A stretch of 64,000 bases of DNA from Eledone cirrhosa (lineage: Eukaryota), in assembly GCA_964016885.1 (NCBI GenBank), contig OZ024764.1, positions 23,064,001 to 23,128,000 on the forward strand. Reading direction: 5' to 3'. The notes under the pieces were generated by a model. That model saw nothing but the letters and a program-made list of their open reading frames with translations. It ran no database searches and was not told where the DNA came from. Of this stretch, positions 47,583 through 61,970 are shown piece after piece (position 1 is the stretch's first letter; every line of letters starts with the position of its first letter). The position numbers and the translations under genes were made by a program.

Positions 47583-48163
47583 TTTAGCAGTATTGGTTAT
47601 AGAGTAGTCGCCACTTTAGCAGGGTGGTAGAATCAGTGGTCGTTACTTTAACAGGGTAGATGATTGAAGGTCGTTAGTTGCCAGTGTGGTAAGTGATAGT
47701 ATCCTCGTTGGATTATCTTGTTGACATAGACGTGAGGGAAGGTCCCTCGATCTATTTACCATCTATTTACAATATTCCTTTCGTCAGGTCGCCAATTCCA
47801 GCAGCATGGATTATAGATGTTATTGAGACACGAGTAACATAATAATGATTTCAACAGCAGTAATTAGAGATGAAATGTTTGTTTATTTATATGGTTGAAG
47901 TTACAGATAAAAAGAGGTTACAAAAGGGAATGTGCCATTGCGCCGTTAAGCCGGCGAGGCTAGGGTGCAAATGTCACCGTTACATTATGCATGTTGCTGG
48001 CTTGAAGTTTCCGGTACAAGAGAGAGATTCTTCAAATCTTCGCGGGGAATTTCTTCCTCAGGGCGCGTAGGGATACATCCTCTTCTACTGGCGCTGATTG
48101 GCTGAACTGAGCCAAATCACGCACAGAGAATGTATGTGAGCCCGCGGAACGTAGGTCACTACA
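47583..48163 (-). mobile_element. Solo LTR (Gypsy-like), 581 bp
   Basis: Ends T(T)TAG...CTACA with a 4-bp TSD TACT; minus-strand CCAAT and AATAAA; absent from the paralogous sites at ~13380 and ~27680. Confidence 0.7.
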
Positions 48164-48644
48164 TACTTAGCTGTTCTGGTAGCTTAGCCTCCATATGACC
48201 CGATCTTACCGAGATACACGGTGATATCTGTCAGGGTACTTAGCTGTTCTGGCAACTTAGCCTCCATATGACCCGAGATACCCGGTGATCTCTGCCACAG
48301 TACTCGATTGATCCAGCACCCTACTATTTCTACCAACAGGTTATATCGAGGTATCAAGTGATACTCTTTTCAAGTCAAGACCTCCTCTGCCTTCCAACTG
48401 CCCTGTTATTCTACAGACTCACGAAAGTGGACACCACCTGAAGGAGAGAGTGGTTGGTGTAGTGGTCATCGCTGGCTATTGTCCGAGTGACACAGGTAAA
48501 ATACACTACCTAGACTGAGGTAAAACGTCTACCGTCCATTCTTCCCCACCAACACCTTACTTTCTCTATTTTAATTACATTTACTGTTTTCAACTTCATT
48601 TTTTTATTACAAACTTTACATAATTTAATTCGGTAAAAATATTT

Positions 48645-48788
48645 TACGTCACAAAAAAACTTGACCTTTGACATTGAAGCATGCGCAGTGGTGCAGTTGT
48701 CGACTTCCTGTCCACGTGTTAGTCTTCCTACAACAACATTTAGACAACATTTCTGTAAATACTAAACTCCTGAGACTATAATGTAAGT
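48645..48788 (+). promoter_or_regulatory. Putative promoter and non-coding exon 1 of ZnF4
   Basis: Near-identical to 27850-27993; donor GTAAGT at 48783. Confidence 0.62.
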
Positions 48789-49924
48789 ATTATGTCTATT
48801 AATATTGTAGATTTAAGCTCACTTTTCACATCACAAATATATATTTTCTTGTTTGTTTCATTACTGGAAATATAAAATGTTATCGTAATTATCTATATTT
48901 TACCTACCTCTAATTAATTAAAGTGAAAACTTTTATTGTTGCTGAAAAATAAATTAACAAAACTAAATATTTAAATATTCTAAAGGTCGTTTTTATATTA
49001 TGTGATGATATAATTAATATATTTTATTACAATTGTATAAATTTACAGTAGAATAACGTTGTAAATATGTTTTAAATATATACATAAATAACATAAGTGT
49101 GTAAATAACATTATAAATTGCTGGCAATTCCTTGAGAAAGACATTACAAATATATTGTCTAAACTGTGTGTAATAATATAATTTATTGAACAATAATGAT
49201 AAAGGAAAGAAAAACACAGTGGGAGATGGCAATTGACCACCAAACGAGGTAAACATTTTCAACTTACCCCTTTTTTTGCTTTGTCCGAGACAACTCAAAA
49301 TATTCTTCAAGGAACTGGATTTTCCATTCGGTTGGATCGAACGGATTTTACCATTTATAATCTACGGAGAGGAATAACAGATGTTCGGAGGAAAAAAGAA
49401 TTGTTTGTGGCAACAACGTAGGGAACCAACCTGGAGCAATTGTATCACACAATTATACTTTCCTCCTTAACATACACTTACAATTTTTCAAAATCAAACC
49501 CCCCAAATATAAAATATAAATAATTATAAATGGCGAGGAACCATCCCATCTCCCTCTTGAAATAACCTGAATCTATTTATAGTCAGGTGTGACTGAAAGG
49601 TCAATCCATACTTCCATTCTATTTCACAGAATTAGAAGCTTTGACCACTTGATAGAATTCAGGTCCAGTAATGTAATCACTCCGTAATTGTAAACATCTT
49701 GTATCACTATCATTCAGGTTTTGATTTTACTTAAGTCTTGCCCATGTTTTTTTTTTTTTTCTTTTTTTTTACACAAACTCACAATTTCGGTTTTTACTGT
49801 GGATTTACCCATGCGAACTATTACACAAACTCACAGCCTTAGATTTTGTATTTCTAGCGTTTTTATTTTCATTCTCTTTGCATGTTCAGTGCTCTTTCTC
49901 TCCCACTGTATTTATCTGCCTCTC

Positions 49925-51480
49925 ACATGACCACACTCCTCTCTACGTACTCATCATCTTCTCACTCCTTCTACACCTTCTAACGCTGGCCCTCTACTGC
50001 CGGCTGTTGCCAGCCCGCCACCTGATTGCGCCCTCTGTGCCCGCACTAACCAGTACTTAAAGACAATTAAATGTCACCTATGCCACGCAAGCCAAAGCTC
50101 AAGCCGAAAGGCTTCAACACTGGACCTGTCATCGGTGCCACTTCAGCTCTGACTATTCCATGGGGATGACCAACACTCTACCGACGACTTTGCCACAGCC
50201 CCCCAGGGCTTCTCCAAATCAAAGCTCCTTAGGAGCCCCGATCACAGACCTGGCCTTCGAGTCAACCGTCCAATCGAAGATGGTTGGCCTTGAGCAGCTG
50301 CTGAGGAATATTGAAGATATCGAACCCCATCAAAGTTTCTTCTTACTCAGGAACTACCTGTCTATTCCTAAGCTTCTGTATCTGCTCAGGGTCAGCCCCT
50401 CTCACAGATTTCCATCCTGCCTCCAACGCTTCGACGACCTAATCTTCGAGAGACTCGAGTGTCTGGTCAATGTTAGTAAGTGTTCGTCCCTCTCTCTCCC
50501 CTGCTTCCTTTCCTCCACCCAAGCTTGCAGCATCCTCTCCTCTCCAACATGGACTAGTTCCAACAGGGAGTTGTGTGAAGCTCTCCAGCAATGGAGTGAG
50601 TTGGGCATGTCTCTTCCTGAGAAGGTGGAGGACAGTCGAAGTCAGAGAACTTGGGACAGGATACGTTGGAATGCCACCTTCGACTCCCTCTTTGTCCTCT
50701 CAGATCAGTTTACAAGGTGCAGCTTACCATCTGCCAGTGCCAAATACTCCGGTGACTGGGTCGATGCCTTACCCGTGGCCAACGTTGGAGGCCTACTCAG
50801 CCTGGATGAAGTTCGTGTCTCCATCACCCTCAGAGTGGGAGCTGACGTCTGCATGGGTTTGAGATGTGGCTAACTCCTCCACTCCACAGGCCCCCACGGT
50901 CTTTCTTGCCGCCTGAATGCCGGCCACTTTGCCCGTCACACGGAGCTAAACTTTATTCTGAAGAGAGCTTTGGCCCGGGCAAACATCCCCTCGGTCTTGG
51001 AACCATCTGGGTTGTCCAGAAGTGACGGCAAAAGACCTGACGGCCTTACCCTGTGCCCCTGGTCGAGAGGCAGGTGCTTAATCTGGGACGTCACTGTTAG
51101 TGACTCCTTTGCTCTTTCCCACATCCTTGATGCTGCGGTAAGGACGAGAGCCACAGCTTCGGCAGCCGAGCGGAGTAAGACCCTCAAATACTCTGATCTG
51201 TCGGCCAGCTACATTTTTCAGCCTGTGGCTTTCGAGACGTTTGGGGGAGTCGGGCCGCTGACTGCGAGGTTCCTTTCTTCACTGGCGGCTCGCCTTATAG
51301 AGGTAACTTTCGAAATCGCGAGGGCGCTTGGCTGTTCCAGCACCTCAGCCTCGCCATCACCGATGTAACACTGCCAGTGTGCTGGCTTGCCTCAAAACTC
51401 ATTAGAGAGGTTTCCCAGTACCCCTCGTTGCTGTCTTTTGCTCTGGTGTTGGCTCCGTTGTCCACCCCTTCCTTTACATT
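49925..51480 (+). mobile_element. CRE-clade element, internally deleted paralogue of 29100-32380
   Basis: Same insertion site; deletions at about 49980 and 50228 (GCTC microhomology) remove the RT core; the RLE ORF is at 50970-51368. Confidence 0.85.
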
Positions 51481-51991
51481 TTCTTTAATATTGCAACATT
51501 GAAGGAATTTATCTTTCATTGTATCATCCTTTATAGTGTTACCGAGGCATTTGTAATGTTATTTATATACTTAAAACATATTTGTTATGTTATTCTACTG
51601 TAAATTTATTTATATGCTCTGTTTATGTTTTCATTCTGAAGGAACTTATCCACTTGTGTTGATATAAGTGATTCTATGACATTCCTCTAAGCATTGTGTC
51701 ATTATATATGTTATTATAAACGTGAATAAATTGAATTTATAGTGTGATAATAGGCCACACCTCACACCCTAGGGGTTAACTACACACTTTGAGGCAAGCC
51801 AACACACTGGCAGCATTACAACGGGTGATGGTGAGGCTAAGGTGCTGAAATAACCAGGTACCCTCACGGGTATCACCTGACGCCTCTGTAAGGTGAGGCT
51901 AAGGTGCTGAGATAACCAGGTACTCTTACGGATATCACCTGACACCTCAGTAAGGTGAGGCTACGGTGCTGAAATAACCAGGTACCCTCAC

Positions 51992-52351
51992 GGAAACGAC
52001 TAGATTTGTAGAAAAAGTAGGGTGAAAGTATACAAAGAGATGTAGTTTCACAGATCTACTCACACCTCACGTTGGGTGGGAATAATTATTTTTCTTATAA
52101 TTCTTGCTATACCCCTTTTACAGTATTTTTTCTATAGACCCCTTAGATACTTGCAATAGACGTTTTATTTCCCAGTATTAGGATTAGGGTTTCCGTTTTC
52201 AGGAAGAAAAGTCGATTGCAAACATCTAAGAGGTCGAGAAATGAAATTAAGGAAAGATAATTATTTCCCAGCCAACTGGAGAAGTGTGTAGCTCTTCTAA
52301 ACTCCGATAATCCTGTCTCCCACTTCTTTATCTACAAATCTAGTCGTTTCC
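51992..52351. mobile_element. Foldback MITE, paralogue of 32812-33171
   Basis: Same TIRs and flanks. Confidence 0.8.
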
Positions 52352-53197
52352 TGCTACTTTGTTCCCTGGGGTATGCCTTAGTATTTGACACCATCTGTCT
52401 CTCTTACTGCCTAATTAGCAAGAAGTAAATCTGTCTCATGTGTTCACCTGATTGGTAGGTTATTAGGTGGTTGGTAGGTTTCTTGAAGTGTTGAAAATGG
52501 TTAGTTCACTTGCATCACAAGAAGCCTCACTCCTTCATCGTTTCTTGAGCCATAACCATGACCACCATGTACCCCAGAATATCCATCCTGGAGCTGTCCA
52601 ACATGACCATTGAAGTCCCCTGCTATTATAATTAGGTCTCTGTCATTGTGGTTATCTCTATTTATTCCTTTTCTACACATGGAGCAGGGCCACTTTCCTG
52701 AAGGTGTCAGGGTCTTCTCTCCTATCCATTAGCACTTTAGTTTTGGCTAAGTATATTCTCAGAACTTACCATTTCAAATTCTATATCTATAGCTGGTCAT
52801 CTACATAGAGAAGTTTCCATAGACAGCCAGTCTTAAACCTCTCTGTTATGGCTAGGAGAACTATGATGAACAACAGTGGGCTAAGAACTAAACCATGATG
52901 AACTCCTACCTGTATCTTCAATTCCTCACTAAACACACTTTACTGACAGCTTCTCACAAGCCATTCTTCTACACCTAATTTCCTTAATCCTTTAGTATAT
53001 AAACTGGCCATATCTGGCCAGAATTGTCTCATATCTTTCTGTTCAATTTGGCCGTTACTGGTCACTTATACTTATGTTAAGGTATTGTTCTCCAAATAAG
53101 TAACATCAAAATTTCATAGATTTGATATTATGTGAGATAAAGCATTTACTGTGAAAATATAATAGTAAATATAGAGTAATGTGAATACTAAAGGGTT

Positions 53198-53296
53198 AAT
53201 CTGATATCACTAATAACTACTTTTATCAGTCAGTATAATCTACTGTCACTAATAACTACTTTTATCAGTCAGTATAATCTAATGTCACTAATAACT
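53198..53296 (+). repeat. 39-bp minisatellite, about 2.5 copies
   Basis: Same unit and flanks as in units 2 and 3. Confidence 0.92.
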
Positions 53297-54157
53297 AACC
53301 TATGTCAGTCAGCACATTCTTCACCAAGGAAGGCCTTAGTATTTATTACAGTCCATTTATCAATATAGAAATATTATATGAAATTTGTACTGATGTATTA
53401 CAAGTTTCTGAGTATCTTATAATGTTCTTTTATTATTTCAGAATACCAGAGGACATTGGCATTAAAGAGCACGTTACATCAGACATATCCTCAACATTAA
53501 CCATTTCTAATGAAAGACACTACCCATCATTTTCAAATAAATTTTGAAAACAATCAAAAATTTGAAGGGATTTAGTAATATAACTAAAGTTCTCAGTATT
53601 AAGCTGCTATTTGGAACATAACTTTGCACAATTTTATGAAGTTACAATGGAAAGTTTTTAGATAAATATAAAGACTGATATGAAAAGGATAAAACACTTT
53701 TATATCAGTTGTTTCATAAACACCATTATTTAAAGACTAAACGAAGCTGTTATACAGAACAGATACAACCTTGTTTATATAAATCTATGGGAGAAATACT
53801 GAAAAATATTCTTTGTAAGATCTTCATATATTGACAAAGTTGATAGTAGATGGAACTACAGGAGTAGAAATATTTCCATTATTACAAGAATAACTAATCA
53901 AATAAAAACCAGAAAAATTAGATTCTTCATTGTCTGGAATATGTACAAGATGATTTTATATGTATATTAAACTTGAAGAGATCTACCAAACAGTTTGTAT
54001 CATCTTTAAATATAAAGAAAGACCAAAGTTGATAGAAGTATATCTGGAGGAATTTGTTTTAGGAATAATATTATAAACATAACGAAGAAAAATATCCATA
54101 TATTGCGAGGAGAAAAATATTAAAATTGTGAATTATGTGAGAAACTGAGGTGATTGA

Positions 54158-55039
<882 letters not shown>

Positions 55040-58000
55040 CTGTATCAATATCAAACTCATTACATCATACTACAACAACAACAACAAATGTGTAGATCCA
55101 TCATCCTTGCTAAAACTGGGGTCAACCTTGTAGGTTTTACCTATGACAGGGATCATAAACACCAGGTTTCTATTTTTGAAGCCGTGTTTGAAGATTTTGT
55201 GTAAATTAAAGTTTTTCACATTAAACTTTGATTTATTATACTTTAACTGGTAAGATATATATTTGTATTTTTAGTAAAGGTTTGGGAACTTCTGTAATTT
55301 AAACCTGCCAATAAAATGAAAACTTTTGTTGTTGTTAGTCAGACATTGATATTAATTCTATTGTCCTGTACATTGTCTCAAATATCACAGATTAAACAGA
55401 TTTTAACAATAACAACAGAAATCAATAACTTGTAAGCCTAATATCTAGCTTCCATTTTAACTATTTGATATTGTTGTTCCCCTCCTGTCTCTTCAGGTCT
55501 TTTAGATTTCAACTTCTATCTACTGTACTATTCCATCACCAAGGCAACATTCATCTTGCTGGCAGCTTACATCAACTCCAGATCTCATCAGTGGTTCACA
55601 ACAGGCCGTCTGAAAGAAACTTCCAGATATTTTCTATGTCATAGCTATCAATCTCCTCCTCCTTATCATATGTATCATGTAGAACATCTCTGAATTTATA
55701 TTTAACAGGGAGATCTTTTACTATCCCTACCCTTTTCTCTAGGTTGTCTTGTACCTCTCTCACAGTCCCAGTAGATCTTATATTTAACAGGGAGATCTTT
55801 TACTCTCCAACCCTTCTATCTCCAGATAGTCTTGTATCTGTCAGTCCCTCTAGATCTTACACCTAGTATCTAGTCTATGTTGAGTGGTACGTCCTTCTCC
55901 AGTAAAGGAGTTAATATTCCCAACCATCTGTCTATCCTGTTTTCTGATGAGAATGAAGTCAATCTAGTTTATCTCTTCACCTGATTGAAGTAACTAGATC
56001 AAGTAACTAGATGTTTTCCTGTAAGTTAGTGTTGCAGTGTTTGTGTTACCATGTAAGGTTTATATCTCTTAATATAGAGATGTAGTAAAGTTTTCACTGT
56101 TGTATCTCTACTTTCTAAATATCTTAATAATGTTTCTCTACTATTTCAGAATATCACATGACCTTGACAGAAAAGAGTCTTTTAAAGACAACAGAAAGAT
56201 GTTACATACATGTGATATAAACTTGTTTAGTCTGTGGTGAATTATGGTGAAATATTTCTTCTGAATTGAGATAAATAACAACATTTTCCTTTTTCACTGT
56301 CTGGAATATTTACAAGATGATTTTACATTCTGATTAAATTTTGGATATTTACAAAGGAGTTTTCAAAATATTTGGATATTGACAAAGATCACAATTGGTA
56401 AAATTATGAACAATAGAAATATTTACATCAACATAGGAATATTTTCCAGAAGAGATGGGAAAATCATATACCACTAATATTTGTGGTAAAGTATTCTCTC
56501 TTCTTTATATGTAGAACATCTAACTAAACACTTTAACTAACAAACTATTGTGCTATAAAATTGACAAACTTGAGCAATGTTTAATAAATGTTACAGATTT
56601 CTCCAAACTGTCGTTTACTAACTTTAATTTGAAGCTATGTTATCTATATACTACTAAAACTCTCTAATTGTGTCTTGTCTAATTTAATACAGCTAAAACA
56701 GTGCATAATGGGGAAATACTTTGAAAGGAATAAAACAATTTTTGTATAAATTGGAGCACGGGTTCCCAAGATACGGGGATTTCTGGGTACCTTGATATAT
56801 ATAGGGAGAGAAAGAGATAGTGTTTGTGAGAGTGAGGAGACAGATGGAAGAGAGAGAGAGAGAGCTGGTGGTGTTGTTTAATAAAATGTGTCTGTGTGTA
56901 TATATATATATACGTATGTGTATATTTTAACTAATTAAAAATCATTTTTAAATGACTTTTAAAAAATAGTTTTAAGGGAACGTGACCCAACAGGTCCCGG
57001 GTGGTCTAGTTTGTTACTAAATACTAGATATTACAGGGTCATGTTGTTCTAGATGTGCTGGAAGAGCCATTCTATCTTGTGTGGCTCACACCAGCAGCTA
57101 GCCACCTCAGCACCTATGGTGGTATATTTATTATATTATTTATTCTTTATCATTAACATTAATATAAAAGATAATTATATATTTTTAGAGAAGAACCTCT
57201 AATTTCATATAGCTTAGGGCTTCAGTAGGTAAAAGTCTGGCCCTGCTTGTCTTGTATTTTTTAGGGGAGAAGTTAGGGAATACGGTTATTGTGTGAAAGT
57301 TTTCTAAATCTTCTTCAACCACTAACATGGAGAAGATATTTCAGTAAGAAGGTTCACATCTGACATCTATAGCTGTTAACAATGAGATTGGAATTCATTA
57401 TTAAACAAATGTTATATCATCATCACTGTTTAACATCAGTTTTTTCACGCTGGCATGGGTTAGACGAGTTATCCTGTTGTAAGCAAAGCCAGGTCAAGTG
57501 ATAATGTGTTGCTCCTACAGAACAAATTTTGGTTTGGTTTCTGCAGCTGGATGCCCTTCCTAGCACCAACCTTATTTACATTGAGTACTGGGTGCATTTT
57601 ATCATCTCACCATCAGGACCACTTTACAGTGTAGGCTGGGTGCTTTTTGTTGTGACACATACATGACCACTTTATAGTGTGGACTGGGTACTTTTTGTTG
57701 TGACACCTACACGACCCCTTTAAAGTTTGGGCTGGGTACTTTTTGTTGTCACCTACATGACCACTTTACAGTGTGGACTGGTTTCTTTTTGTCATATCAC
57801 CTACATGACCACCTTATAATGTTGACTGTGTGTTCTTTACAGTGTGGGCTGGTTTCTTTTTGTCATATCACCTACATGACCACCTTATAATGTTGACTGT
57901 GTATTCTCTATAGTGTGGGTTGGGTGCTTCTTGTCATATCTCCTACCCAACCACTTTGCAGTGTGGGCAGTGAAATATCAGTAATGCACCAGCTCCAATA

Positions 58001-58803
58001 TTCACTAATCAGAAGAAGGGAGGTAGGCATAAAAGCCAAACTTGCTGTCTTCAATTAGGTTTTTGTGCCAACCCTTACCTATGGTCACACATCTTGGGTA
58101 ATGACCAAAAGAATATGATTGGGAATACAAATGGCAGATATGGGATTCCTCTGAAGGGTCTTTGAAGGAACGTTTCTCAATAAAGTGCATAGCTCTGAGA
58201 TCAGAGAGTCACTCCAGGTGGAGCTGTTACTTCTCCTAATTGAGAGATCACAGCTGCAATACTATGGCCATGTGGTTAGAATGTCTGAGGAAAGAATCAC
58301 TGGATAGATTTTACAGGCAAAACTAACCGGCAGGAGACCCAGGGGTAGACCTTAGCAAGATGGTCACATAACATCCATGAGCTTGGCTGGTCTCTCTGGG
58401 AGATCCAGCCAGACCAGTTGGAGTGGGTTGCTTCTGACAGGACCTGTTGGAGGGAGTGTTTGAGGACTCTGCCCCCAAGACCCTCTCTGGAATAAGTGGG
58501 TTAATAAGCAGAGGTTGAGGTTACATAATCAACATCAGATTTCCCTGCTAGCAAGGGTTTAATGAGTCTACTTCAACCAAGTAAGTACTGAAGTGAGGCT
58601 ACTGATCTCCCAGACAGACCAAGGATCTGAGACTTACTTACATAAGGTCTCATTTGCTACTGAGTGCACAGAAAAGGTTGTCATGTCTTTGTCATGATTG
58701 AAGGCTTCTCCGACACTATTGTTGGGCAAGCTTTCTATAGCTAGATGTCCTTCACATGACCAACCAGATTACAGCCTGTGTTGGGTGTGTTTATCATGTA
58801 GGT

Positions 58804-60827
58804 GAGGCATAACAAACTGAGGGTTCCCCAAGGGCCACATAGGTCACATGTGTTGTCTGAGGGTTGCACACGACAACTAAGTAGTCATTTAATAAAATAT
58901 ATTGCAGAAAGATTTGTTACTTAAATTTAGAAACATACAATGTACATACAAATGTTTTAGCAGCATTCATGAATACAAAGTAATGAAGTAGTTTGACAAA
59001 AAACTAAAATTTAACATGTCAACATATACTTGCAGATTGTAACAGCAACAAATACATTGTACACAAATAACAACAGTTGAAAACTGAACATTTATTTGCT
59101 ACTATTCAACCATTTTTAGTCTTTTGTCCTGAGGCTTGACACTTCTTTCTGTTGACTATTTTTGGTATATCTGGCTGAAATGTCTGTACAGTTCCAACTT
59201 TAATCAGAAATGACAAGTGTTGATCTGTCAGCCTTGTTCTCTGAGAAGTTTTGGTTAAGCTAAGTACAGACTCAGTATGGGCAGTGATTTTCAGCTCTTT
59301 GCACATAGGAAAATGTATTAAATTTTCATCTGACAACGGAGACTTCCATAAGCTAAGTTTTCTAATGAAGAACTTGATGTCATCATACAACTGAGTGATG
59401 GGTTTGTTTTTACCTTGTAATTTCAAATTAAGATCAGTTAATTGTGCAGTAATATCCACAACAAAAGCCAGATGTTGGAGCCAACTTTCATCTTTTATTT
59501 CATCTGTGTTTTGACCTTTCATCTCCAAAAACATAATTATTTCAACAAATAGAATCTTTTCAGCACTTTGTGACATGTCAACCAGCAGACTTCTGTGTAG
59601 AATGGAACATCGGTGAACTGATTATCCATATCTTCCAACAACTGGCTGAACTGACGGTGGTTGAGAGCATGGCCTCTGATTTAGTTCACTGTCTTTTTGA
59701 CCAAGCTAAGCACATGATGCAATTTTAAAATCTTTGAACATAAATTTTGCTGATGAATAATAGTGCAAATGTGCAAATGATGAATCTAGATATGAGTTTT
59801 CTATTTTTGTTTGTAACTTGGCAGCAACACCATTATGTCTACCAACCATATTTGCAGCACTGTCAGTAGATAAACATGCAAGATTACTCAGATCAAAACC
59901 ATGCAGACACTGCTTGACCTTCTCAAAGATGTCCTGGCTTGTTATAGTGTCATGCATGGGGACCAGTTCAATCAGTTCTTCATAAATATTAAATTCACAG
60001 TCACAGGCCCTGATGAAGAATGCAATCTGTACTATTCCAGTGATGTCAACAGTCTCTTCAATAGCAATAGAAACATGTTCAAACCTTGATGATACAGCCT
60101 TTAACTGTTGTTTCAGATCACCTGACATTTCATTAATCTGTTCAGCAACAGTGTTCCTGTTAATGAAATGTCTTTGAATAACACTGCTTTCTCTGGACAA
60201 TTTCAGCTGTTTTTACAAGACATTGCTTTACAAAGTCTCCTTCATTGTAAGATTCCCCACTCATGACAATCATTCGACTGAGTTCATAGCTTGCAGTAAC
60301 AGAAGTAAAATCCTCTTCCTGAATTAACATAAAACAGGTCTATTGCTGTGTCAAGTTAGACTTCAATTCCTTGAGTCTTGAAACACACATTGGGCTTTCA
60401 TATTTATCGTAAGATCGAGGGTTTGTTTCATAATGTCTTTTTAAATTGTACTCTTTTGTCGTGGAGATGTAGTTGTTGCAAATTAAACAGTGTATCTTTC
60501 TGTTCACCATTGGGCAAAAATACTGTAATTCCCACTTTTCTTGAAACACTTGCCCTTCTTCGTTCACTTTCCTTTTTCTCTTAGCTGGAGGAGAACTAAC
60601 CATTTCAAAAACAAAATCATTTGAAATTTTGAAAGAAAGTTTTCTGTTAATGAGCTGCACGTGATTAATGGAAGTTAAAAGTAGTTGACAAAATTTGCAC
60701 CAAAAAAAATAATTGTATTGAAAATGTTTTAAATTTTATATTACGAAAATGAAACATGGTCGCACTGTAAAAACCTTTGTGTGGGCCGCAGGTTTGCTTC
60801 CAAAGGGCCGCATGTTTGACATGTCTG
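58804..60827 (-). mobile_element. Buster-type hAT, third copy with a different internal deletion
   Basis: Same TSD and TIR; deletion at about 59255. Confidence 0.88.
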
Positions 60828-61970
60828 ATGTAGGTTACCAACACTAGGGAGGGCAGCATATCCTTCAGTGTGTTCTGCTACATTAACTACCAGGAGGTCA
60901 CCACATGAGTCAAAGACTACATTTCAAAGAAGGGTCATAAAAGAACTAAATACGAAAGTCCTCGCAGCAAAAAGCAAATTATTGAGCTTTGGGTCTAGGT
61001 CAAGGGGCAGAAGTGCTGCGCCCTGTGGATAAGACTGCAAAAGTATTCACCCCGGACGATGGACAGTTACAGCCACCCCAACCTCATGGGACTCCCTCTT
61101 CAGAAGGGCCACCAACGTTCTGATCTTACAGAGGAGCTTGGCAGTACGGGGTCTAAATACTTCTGAGGTCTCAATGGTGACCAGTGTGAAGATACCTACA
61201 AATGATGTCATCCTAGTTATGTTGGACTGTAATATACTGGGGTATAGAGAGGCCTTAGCCTGTCTCAGCTGAGTCACCCTGGGTTGTGTCATCTAGATAC
61301 CAGATAGGGGTAACTAGACCATGTTGTCAACTGTCAGCACCAATAGGAGTGAGGCGAGTGGGTCCCCTTGCTAGACACCATATATAAAAACGTATTTGCT
61401 AATTACTTTAGTGAATAATTTGTTTCATACGTAATTATTACTTTTAACACAATAGGATTTTGTACACGTGTTTGTTTGAAAACATCTTTCAAAGAAGTAT
61501 GAGACAGTCTTTTGCAGTCTTCTGGAGTTGCGACCGATAGATAGTATTAGCAATTGGAAAGACCAATGGAAACATTGTTTCCTCGGTCCGATTTGACGAA
61601 AAGTCGATCGTAAAAAAAATATATATATTTATATATATAGAGAGAGATAGAGAAACACACAAACGTACACTACTGTAAAACATATGTAAGGGGAGACAAT
61701 TCTCGTTACATTCCCCCTTCTTTTTGATATACGTTCTTTAAATACTTTGTTCAATGGAATCTACTTTATTTTGTGTCCTAAGTAGATTTCTGTTTAAGTA
61801 TTTACGAGATTCACAATGATTCACGTAACCAAGTTACTTACGTAGAGATATATTTCACATAGAATCACAACAAATGAAAATATTAAGTCAACACTCTGTC
61901 AATCAGTCTCACATCACATGGGGTGCCGGAGTCTCCCTCTAATACTTTCTGAGGCAGTCTTACCTCGAGT

